Below are positions 57,325 through 64,000 of a stretch of DNA of 64,000 nucleotides, piece by piece. The first letter of the stretch is position 1; each line of letters opens with the position of its first letter. The position numbers and the translations under genes are program-made. Origin of the DNA: Longimicrobiales bacterium (GTDB lineage: Bacteria > Gemmatimonadota > Gemmatimonadetes > Longimicrobiales > Gaopeijiaceae); contig JAWLHJ010000001.1 of NCBI GenBank assembly GCA_041690395.1, forward strand, positions 160,001-224,000, given 5' to 3'. The notes beneath the pieces are model-generated. The model saw nothing but the letters and a program-made list of their open reading frames with translations. It did no database searches and was not told where the DNA came from.

Positions 57325-58275
57325 TCACGTCGTACCGCCGGATTCTGAGGGCTCGGCGCCATGCGCGATTGTACGAATCGGCATGGAGGCGCCCGGAGGG
57401 CGCTCCGGCGCGAACCGGCGACGAAACGTTTCCGGCGTCTCGCCTAGCAGGTCGCGGCAGTCGCGGATCAGGTGAGAGTGGTCGGCGTATCCGAACCGAT
57501 AGGCGACACGCGACCATCCCTCGGGCCCGTGCAGCCCCTCGAGGAGCGCGGCCTGTAGCCGCCGGATGCGCAGGACGGTGGACGGAGGCAGGCCGACGCC
57601 GTCCTGGAACGCTTGCCTGAGCGTCCGGGGGGACACACCCAGCTCCCGACAGAGCACCCCGAGCGGGACCGACGCGGAAGAGCCCTGGCTCCTGGGGTCC
57701 GGTAAGGCGCGGATCCGCCAATCGGGTGAAGCCGTACCGGCAGGGTTCGGTGCACGCCGGCCCGCCCGAGCCGTGGGCGCACCACGGGTTGTCCCCAGGG
57801 CCTCGTCGACGCCCAGCCGCCAGCCCATCCAGGCGAAGAGGGTTTCGACTCCATGGGCGCTCGCCGTCCGTTCCAGGAGCTCCGAGGCCGGGGGGCCCGC
57901 TCGGGCGATCTTCGCGGGAGCCCGAGGAAGGAGCTCGAGCGGCACGCTCCGGTCGGTGACTTCGTGGGCGGCGATCCCGAAGAGCGAGGGCAGGGCCCCC
58001 GGGCGGAGCCTCACCGCGATCGTGATCCGGCGGTGGGATCGGTCCAGCACGATGGCCCGGGAGCGGGCCCCAACGAGCGCGATCCGGTGCGAGAGCCCTC
58101 CGACCCCTTCGGTCTCGGAATAGATCAGGTGTGGCGAATCGTCCGCGACGACCATCCAGGACGGCCCACGGACCCGGTCGACCCAACCCTCCACCACCCA
58201 CGGTGCGAGCGCGGGCGGAGGGGGAACGCGCACACCGTCCCTGAGGGCTCGGCCCGCCTGATCGAGGGCGATCAA
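57325..58275 (-). CDS. AraC family transcriptional regulator
   Basis: PPPALAPWV N-terminal domain; GVSPRTLRQAF...RIRR...GYADHSHLIRD. Start uncertain. Confidence 0.82.
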   Translation of the reverse strand: MIALDQAGRALRDGVRVPPPPALAPWVVEGWVDRVRGPSWMVVADDSPHLIYSETEGVGGLSHRIALVGARSRAIVLDRSHRRITIAVRLRPGALPSLFGIAAHEVTDRSVPLELLPRAPAKIARAGPPASELLERTASAHGVETLFAWMGWRLGVDEALGTTRGAPTARAGRRAPNPAGTASPDWRIRALPDPRSQGSSASVPLGVLCRELGVSPRTLRQAFQDGVGLPPSTVLRIRRLQAALLEGLHGPEGWSRVAYRFGYADHSHLIRDCRDLLGETPETFRRRFAPERPPGASMPIRTIAHGAEPSESGGTT

Positions 58276-58408
58276 ACCTCGTGCTCCCGAACACCTGCCA
58301 TACCTACCCCCTCCCCGCGATCCTCACCACCACCCGAATGTCCAGCCTACGGGATCCCCCCGCCCCGGGCCACCGCCGACGCCGCCCGCCCCCTGCGTCC
58401 GGCGCCCC

Positions 58409-59893
58409 TCACCCCACGAGGAAGATCGGAATCAGCAGGCTACCCAGCAGCGAGATGACGATCACGCCGAGCAAGTTGAGGAACAGCCCGGCCTTCGCCA
58501 TCTGGGGGATGGTGATGTAGCCCGACGCGAACACGATGGCGTTCGGGGGCGTCGCCACGGGCAGCATGAACGCCATCGCCGCGGCGAGGGCGGCGGCGGA
58601 CATGAGCAGCAACGGCTCGATGCCGAGACCCACGGCCGCTCCCGCCATGATGGGCATGGCCATGGTCGACGTCGCGGTGTTCGACGTCATCTCCGTCAGG
58701 AAGATCACGATCAACGCAGTGAACGCGATCAGCACGAGCACCGGCACCGTCTCGAGCGCGCCGACCGCTCCGCCGATCCAGGTAGCCAACCCCGACTGGT
58801 CCATCGCACGCGCCAGAGACAAGCCGCCGCCGAACAGCACCAACACGCCCCATGGGATCTTGCGCGCCGTGGCCCAATCGAGCGCGAACTGACCCTTGCT
58901 CCAGCTCACCGGGAGCATGAACAACAGCAACGCCGCACCCATGGCGATGGTCGAGTCGGTCACGTAAGGCGTGAGGTTCTCGAGTCCGGGCACCGTCACG
59001 CTCCCGAACGTCTTCTCACCGCGAAGCACCCAGGCCGCCGCCGTGAGCACGAACACCACCGACGTCACCCGCTCGCCCGAGCTCATGCGCCCGAGCCCCT
59101 TCCGCTCGTTCTCGATGATCGCGTCGGCATCCCCGGAGAGCTTGCCCGGCTTGTAGAGGACGCGGGTCAGCAGCAGCCAGGTCAGCGGCAGCATGACCAC
59201 GACCACGGGCACGCCCACCCCCATCCACTGCACGAACCCGATCTGCACATCGAGCATCTCGCTGGCGGCACCGGCCAGCACCGCGTTCGGCGGCGTCCCG
59301 ATCAACGTAGCGCTACCTCCGATCGAAGCCGCGTACGCGATCCCCAGCATGAGGCTGATCCCGAACTCGTAGGGTCCCTCCTGGTCCTGCGGTCGGAACA
59401 TCTCCCCCACCGCGATCCCGATGGGAAGCATCATGGCCGCCGTCGCCGTATTGCTGATCCACATGGAGAGGAACGCAGTCGCGAGCATGAAGCCGAGCAC
59501 GAGCTGATGCGGCCCCGTGCCCACGCGCGCCAGGATCCCGAGCGCGATCCGCCGGTGCAGGCCCCACCGCTCCATGGTCACGGCGATGAAGAAGCCACCC
59601 ATGAACAGGAAGATCAGGTCGTTCGCGTACGGCGCCGACGCAGCCGGCGCGTCCAACACGCCGAGCGTCGGGAAGAGCACCAGCGGCAGGATGGCCGTAG
59701 CCGGAATCGGGATCGCCTCCGTCATCCACCAGACCGCCATGAGGAAGGCCACCGCCGCGGTCCGCCAACCCTCGACCGAAAGGGCTTCCGGTCCCGGAAT
59801 GAAGAGCAGCAAGGCGAAGCCCGCGGCTCCGCCCAGGAGTCCTAGGCGTTGCGCGATACCGTACTTGTCGTCCTTCTCGGCCTGGTCTTCCAA
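58409..59893 (-). CDS. SLC13/DASS sodium:dicarboxylate (or sulfate) symporter
   Basis: WMTEAIP, LHRRIAL, SMWISNTAT, IGTPPN, SNTAT, PVATPPN; TTG start after GGAG. Confidence 0.93.
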   Translation of the reverse strand: MEDQAEKDDKYGIAQRLGLLGGAAGFALLLFIPGPEALSVEGWRTAAVAFLMAVWWMTEAIPIPATAILPLVLFPTLGVLDAPAASAPYANDLIFLFMGGFFIAVTMERWGLHRRIALGILARVGTGPHQLVLGFMLATAFLSMWISNTATAAMMLPIGIAVGEMFRPQDQEGPYEFGISLMLGIAYAASIGGSATLIGTPPNAVLAGAASEMLDVQIGFVQWMGVGVPVVVVMLPLTWLLLTRVLYKPGKLSGDADAIIENERKGLGRMSSGERVTSVVFVLTAAAWVLRGEKTFGSVTVPGLENLTPYVTDSTIAMGAALLLFMLPVSWSKGQFALDWATARKIPWGVLVLFGGGLSLARAMDQSGLATWIGGAVGALETVPVLVLIAFTALIVIFLTEMTSNTATSTMAMPIMAGAAVGLGIEPLLLMSAAALAAAMAFMLPVATPPNAIVFASGYITIPQMAKAGLFLNLLGVIVISLLGSLLIPIFLVG

Positions 59894-59979
59894 CGGGGTG
59901 GCTCCAACAGGTGGGTTCAGGGCACGGCGAGCGCAGCAGTCTGAGTGAAGAAACGCCGCGCTGCAAGCGTAACGTTCGC

Positions 59980-60477
59980 ATGAGGACCGACGAAGCACGC
60001 TACGTGGAGCGGACGCCCTGGCCGCATTGGGCGGAGGGGGTATTCTGGGGTGCGCTGGCGCTGACGAGTTTCGCGATGCTCGCGGGATGGGATACGGATC
60101 TTCCCGCCACCGTGCGTGTCCCGATCGCCGCCGGCATCATCACCCTCGGCGTGGCGCTGCGCTGGATCATCGGCGGCATGACCGTTCGCGTCGACGACAC
60201 CGGCGTCTTCGTTCACCTGGGCCGCGTCCCGCTCCTGCGGCGACATGTCCCGTTCGACGAGATCGAGGGGATGGAGGTCGTGCGCTACCGCCCCATGCGT
60301 GACTTCGGTGGGTGGGGGATACGCGGGCTCGGTAAGACCAAGGCGTGGACCGCGCGCGGGACCCGGGCGGTGCGGCTGCGGCTCACGGACGAGCGCGTCC
60401 TCTATATAGGGAGCGATGTGCCCCAGCGGCTGGCCGAGCGGATTCGAACGATCGGGGGCGCGGGGGTCAGGGCGTAG
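59980..60477 (+). CDS. Hypothetical membrane protein (2 TM plus PH-like domain)
   Basis: Two TM helices; FGGWGIR, LYIGSD..P motifs. Confidence 0.78.
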   Translation: MRTDEARYVERTPWPHWAEGVFWGALALTSFAMLAGWDTDLPATVRVPIAAGIITLGVALRWIIGGMTVRVDDTGVFVHLGRVPLLRRHVPFDEIEGMEVVRYRPMRDFGGWGIRGLGKTKAWTARGTRAVRLRLTDERVLYIGSDVPQRLAERIRTIGGAGVRA

Positions 60478-60923
60478 GTATGCGGCGAGCCCGGGCGGTC
60501 CCCGGTGGTGGGCCGTCGAGCGCCGGGTCCGCAGGCTCGAGGCCCAACGTCAGCGTGCCCAGGTCCAGGGCTCGGTAGGTGCCGGCATCCGTCGCCCCGA
60601 GTCCGAGCATCACTCCGGTGAACGCGTAAGGACCGACCGGGAGCGTGTCCCCGAGCACGGCATCCACCGGGAAGTCCACCCGGTAGACGACGGAGTCGCC
60701 GGGACCGACCTCGACGGGCGGGAACGCCATAGCCAGGCACGCCCAACCGCTATCGAAGTACAGACCCCTGCACGTCCCACGCGTCGGCGAACAGAATCGT
60801 GTCCGTGCAGGCCGCCAACGCGACCACCGTCGCGACCGCGACGGCGGCCACCAGCACGGCGAGGTTACGCGCCACTGCCGACACGCTGCGGGACCGCGGC
60901 CACGGGACGTCGACGTGACGCAT
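60467..60923 (-). pseudogene. Frameshifted lipoprotein gene with a BsuPI/Ig-like C-terminal fragment
   Basis: Strong RBS plus ATG 60923 with an LAAC lipobox stops at TAG 60750; a protein-like continuation lies in another frame to 60467. Confidence 0.6.
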
Positions 60924-61020
60924 GCGTGCTCCTCCTCGGGCTCGGGGCGGGGGTCATCCCCGCCGATGGTGCAACGAGTCGGGAGGTCGTGGCATGACAT
61001 CGGACGGGACGACGACCCCG

Positions 61021-61518
61021 TCAGTACCACATCCGGTCCACGCCCGCGGCGCGCCGAGCGTCGGCGAGTTGTCCCCGGTGCATGAACCAATGGTCGGCGG
61101 TGTATTGCAGGCAGCGACGGTGAGTACCGAAGAGGTCCTCCGCCCCGTCCGGGACGTTCGCGCTCCGCCGGTCGAGGTGATCCTCGCTCAGGGAGTCGAG
61201 CAACGCGGTGGTCGAGGCGCGGACGCCGCGACACGCCTCCAACACCCGGTCGAACGGCGGGAATCGCGCCGCGTCGCCGGAGACGCCCGCGCCGTCGAAC
61301 AGCTCCGCCCAATGGCCCAGCGGGTTCCGCTCACCGAGCATGATGCGCCGCACGACCAGCGCCTCGATGTACGCCAGGTGTCCGAGCACCCAGAGCGTAT
61401 GGCAGCCACCGCGCGGCGTGGGGAAGACCATGCAGTGGTCGCGCATGTCCTCGATGCGCGCGAGAACGATCTCTTCGCTGCGCCGGAGGTTCTCGCGGAT
61501 GAGATCGATCGATTGCAT
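61021..61518 (-). CDS. DinB family protein
   Basis: WVLGHL...HWFMHRGQL; AAGGAG RBS. Confidence 0.85.
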   Translation of the reverse strand: MQSIDLIRENLRRSEEIVLARIEDMRDHCMVFPTPRGGCHTLWVLGHLAYIEALVVRRIMLGERNPLGHWAELFDGAGVSGDAARFPPFDRVLEACRGVRASTTALLDSLSEDHLDRRSANVPDGAEDLFGTHRRCLQYTADHWFMHRGQLADARRAAGVDRMWY

Positions 61519-61586
61519 GCCTGCTCACTCCTTCGGCAACAGTCTCGGGGGCCCGGCGGCTACTTCCGGGCCGCTCGCCAATTCCC

Positions 61587-61612
61587 TGTCACAATCGGCG
61601 CCGGCCTCCGTC
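61587..61612 (+). promoter_or_regulatory. ECF41-type promoter TGTCACA-N15-CGTC
   Basis: Matches the ECF41 -35/-10 consensus elements, directly upstream of the CMD-sigJ operon. Confidence 0.75.
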
Positions 61613-61655
61613 CTTCCAGGTTGAATGACTATGCGCCCCTGAACGGACGATCACC

Positions 61656-62102
61656 ATGACCACGCAACGCTTCGATTACTACCGCCACGCTCCTGGCGCC
61701 GCCCGCGCTCTCGCCACCGGCGGCCAGGCGGCCCTCGAGCACCTCGAGCCGGCCCTCGTTCACCTCGTCTCCCTCCGCGCGTCGCAAATGAACGGGTGCG
61801 CCTATTGCGTCGACCTTCATTACCGCGACGCCCTGGCGGCGGGGGTGCCGGCGCGGACCGTCAACGCCGTCTCCGCCTGGCGCGACGCGCCCTTCTTCAC
61901 CGATCGTGAGCGGGCTGCGTTGGCATGGACCGAATCCGTCACGCGTCTCGCCCCGGAGGGCGTCTCCGACGCGGCCTGGGATCACTCGAGCGCCCAGTTC
62001 TCCGAAGCGGAAATCGCATGCTTGACGTTCGCCATCGCGGCCATCAATGCCTGGAACCGTTTGAGTGTTTCGGCCCGGAAGGGACCCACCCCCGATGATT
62101 GA
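61656..62102 (+). CDS. Carboxymuconolactone decarboxylase/AhpD family protein
   Basis: LRASQMNGCAYCVDLH, FTDRERAAL, INAWNRL. Confidence 0.92.
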   Translation: MTTQRFDYYRHAPGAARALATGGQAALEHLEPALVHLVSLRASQMNGCAYCVDLHYRDALAAGVPARTVNAVSAWRDAPFFTDRERAALAWTESVTRLAPEGVSDAAWDHSSAQFSEAEIACLTFAIAAINAWNRLSVSARKGPTPDD

Positions 62103-63000
62103 GGCGTTCGAGGGTGTGCGGAGCCGACTCTGGGGCATTGCCTATCGGATGCTCGGCACCCCGGACGACGCGGATGACATCGTCCAGGAGGCACAGCTCC
62201 GCTGGCTCCAGACGAACCGGGACGCCGTGCGCGACTCCGAAGGATGGTTGGTGGCGGTGACGACCCGGCTCGCCATCGACAGGCTCCGGCAGGCCCGGCG
62301 CCATCGGGCCGACTACCTGGGCCCCTGGCTTCCGGCACCCGTGTCGGGATCCCCGGGCGCTTCGGCCCCGGAGTCACCGAGCCGGGCCGCCGAGCTCGCC
62401 TCCGACCTCTCCCTCGCGTTCCTCCATCTCCTGGAGCGGCTCGGACCCGAGGAGCGGGCGGCATTCCTCCTCCGCGAAGCGTTCGACGTCGGGTACGCCG
62501 ACATCGCTCGGACCCTCGACCGCTCCGAGGCCGCCTGCCGGCAGATGGTCCACCGGGCCAGGGCCCGCGTGCAGGACGGGGCACGGCGCGAACACGCGAC
62601 GGAGGAGGAGCGGCGCTCGCTGGCGGACCGGTTCGCCCTCGCCGTGGCGGCCGAGGACCTCGACCGGCTTCTCGAGCTCCTGGCTCCGGACGCCACGCAT
62701 CTGACCGACGGAGGCGGCAAGGCCTGGGCCGCGCTCCGCGAGATCCGGGGCGCCGACGCCGTGGCCCGGGGCATGATCGGGGCGTTCCGGAAGGCCGCCC
62801 GCGGCTCGGCCGGGCGGGATTCCACCGGGCGTGAGCACGCCGTCACGCTGAAGCTGGGACGCGTCAATGGTGAGCCCGCCGTGCTCAACTACGTGGAACG
62901 GGCGCTCATCTCGGTGACGACGTTCTCGGTCCGGGACGGGCGGGTCCACCGCATCTTCACCGTCCTGAATCCCGACAAGCTGGAACGGGTGACGCCCTGA
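62095..63000 (+). CDS. ECF41 (SigJ-like) sigma factor with SnoaL-like extension
   Basis: AYRMLG...DADDIVQE, YLGPWLPAP, DGGGK, NPDKL. Confidence 0.93.
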   Translation: MIEAFEGVRSRLWGIAYRMLGTPDDADDIVQEAQLRWLQTNRDAVRDSEGWLVAVTTRLAIDRLRQARRHRADYLGPWLPAPVSGSPGASAPESPSRAAELASDLSLAFLHLLERLGPEERAAFLLREAFDVGYADIARTLDRSEAACRQMVHRARARVQDGARREHATEEERRSLADRFALAVAAEDLDRLLELLAPDATHLTDGGGKAWAALREIRGADAVARGMIGAFRKAARGSAGRDSTGREHAVTLKLGRVNGEPAVLNYVERALISVTTFSVRDGRVHRIFTVLNPDKLERVTP

Positions 63001-63001
63001 G

Positions 63002-63856
63002 TCAGCGCTGACGGCCCTCGGCCGCCACGATGACGCCTTCCAGGAGAACCGACACGGTCATCGGACCGACTCCGCCCGGGACCGGCGCCAGGGCCTCCAG
63101 ATGGTCCACGCCCTCGGAGACGTCGAGGTCTCCGCGCCCGCCCGGATTGAAGTAACCGCCGTCGATGACCACGGCTCCCGACGCAAGGTCCGAGGAACGC
63201 ACGGCACCGACCCGATTCACGAACGTGACGACCAGGGTCGCGTCCGCGAGTCGCTCCTCCAGCTCGCCCGACTCCGCCGGCACGATGATCACCCGTGCGC
63301 CGCGTCGCGCGAGCGCCTCGCGGAGCATCGCGGTGAAGGGCATCTCCTCTCCGATCACCACGCCCGCCCGGCCACGGACGTCCACTGGGCCATCCTCCAG
63401 GAGTGCGAGCACCGCAGCGACCGTGGCAGGAGGGCGGTCCAGGCGACCTGCCATGAAGGCCTGGAAGCGGGCGGGCCTCATGACGTCGACGTCGGCCTCC
63501 GGGGGCACGGCCGCGACGAGCACATCGAGGTCGATATCCGGAGGGAACGGTACCTGGAGCAGGATCGCGTCGGGCCGCGAATCAGAGACGGCCCGGTCGA
63601 GGGCGGCTGCGGCGCCCTGCGTCTCGGTGTCCGCCGGGAGAACGAGGGGCCGGACGTCGACCCCCGCTTCCGCACCCGCGCGAACCTTCCGGGACACCCA
63701 GGGAGCACGACCGTCGGCCCCCGCGAAGGCGACGAGGAGCAGCCGGGGCGGGGTTCCGCGCAGGTCGCGGACCCGGCTCGCCCGGTCGCGTAGCGCGGGC
63801 AGGCGTCGCTCCGCCAGAAGCCGGCCGTCGAGGATCAGGGGCGCCCTGGGTGTCAC
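63002..63856 (-). CDS. Divergent FolD-like methylenetetrahydrofolate dehydrogenase/cyclohydrolase paralogue
   Basis: ILDGR, LLQVP, DVD, VIDGG, GD, PVPGGVGPMT; several catalytic motifs altered. Confidence 0.8.
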   Translation of the reverse strand: MTPRAPLILDGRLLAERRLPALRDRASRVRDLRGTPPRLLLVAFAGADGRAPWVSRKVRAGAEAGVDVRPLVLPADTETQGAAAALDRAVSDSRPDAILLQVPFPPDIDLDVLVAAVPPEADVDVMRPARFQAFMAGRLDRPPATVAAVLALLEDGPVDVRGRAGVVIGEEMPFTAMLREALARRGARVIIVPAESGELEERLADATLVVTFVNRVGAVRSSDLASGAVVIDGGYFNPGGRGDLDVSEGVDHLEALAPVPGGVGPMTVSVLLEGVIVAAEGRQR

Positions 63857-64000
63857 CCGGCCAACCTCTCGAGTCGCTCGCCATCCGCCAGGATATCCAT
63901 CGCGACCACCCGCCCATCGACGATCGTGAAGGCGGTGAGCGAGAACACCCGCCCACCCTGGCCCACCAGGACCCCGGCGGCGCCGTTGACGAGCACGGGC
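63853..64000 (-). CDS. 3' end of a second ECF41/SigJ-like sigma factor (partial)
   Basis: Manual translation PVLVNGAAGVLVGQGGRVFSLTAFTIVDGRVVAMDILADGERLERLAG*, a SnoaL-like tail; GTGA overlap with the folD-like start. Confidence 0.75.
   Translation of the reverse strand, partial: PVLVNGAAGVLVGQGGRVFSLTAFTIVDGRVVAMDILADGERLERLAG

Noticed and set aside
60750..60752. Stop-codon readthrough (pyrrolysine-type) at TAG
   Set aside because: The in-frame sequence after the TAG is not protein-like; the plausible continuation is in another frame.

Overview
GC-rich (~70%) bacterial chromosomal segment, densely coding, with about 54 genes. No rRNA, tRNA, CRISPR array or mobile element was recognised. 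Gene content (TamA/TamB, BrxA/B, DUF1707, TIGR02999-type ECF sigma plus Ser/Thr kinase, Big_2 lipoprotein) suggests a diderm such as Gemmatimonadota; this is an inference. The left half holds housekeeping and redox genes: DsbA-like/CcdA, PduO, ferredoxin, Rieske plus a cytochrome b-diheme c fusion, TamAB, an aldehyde dehydrogenase, a GH-like/GT4/PAP2 trio, SixA-CHAD, bacilliredoxin, and an HcrCAB-like molybdoenzyme operon with a DUF1460 amidase inserted. The strongest candidate for an undescribed system is a tightly coupled four-gene envelope operon on the minus strand (41280-55741). It encodes a ~2,720-aa secreted protein with ~10 tandem ~89-aa helix+beta-strand repeats and a basic Cys-tipped C-terminal helical hairpin, a propeller chimera, an outer-membrane beta-barrel, and an invasin/Ig-repeat lipoprotein with a perfect 309-bp tandem duplication. 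An ECF sigma/Ser-Thr kinase pair lies next to it. The right end has a frameshifted lipoprotein gene, an ECF41 locus with its cognate promoter, a degenerate FolD paralogue and the 3' end of a second ECF41 gene. All family calls come from motif recognition by eye, not database searches.
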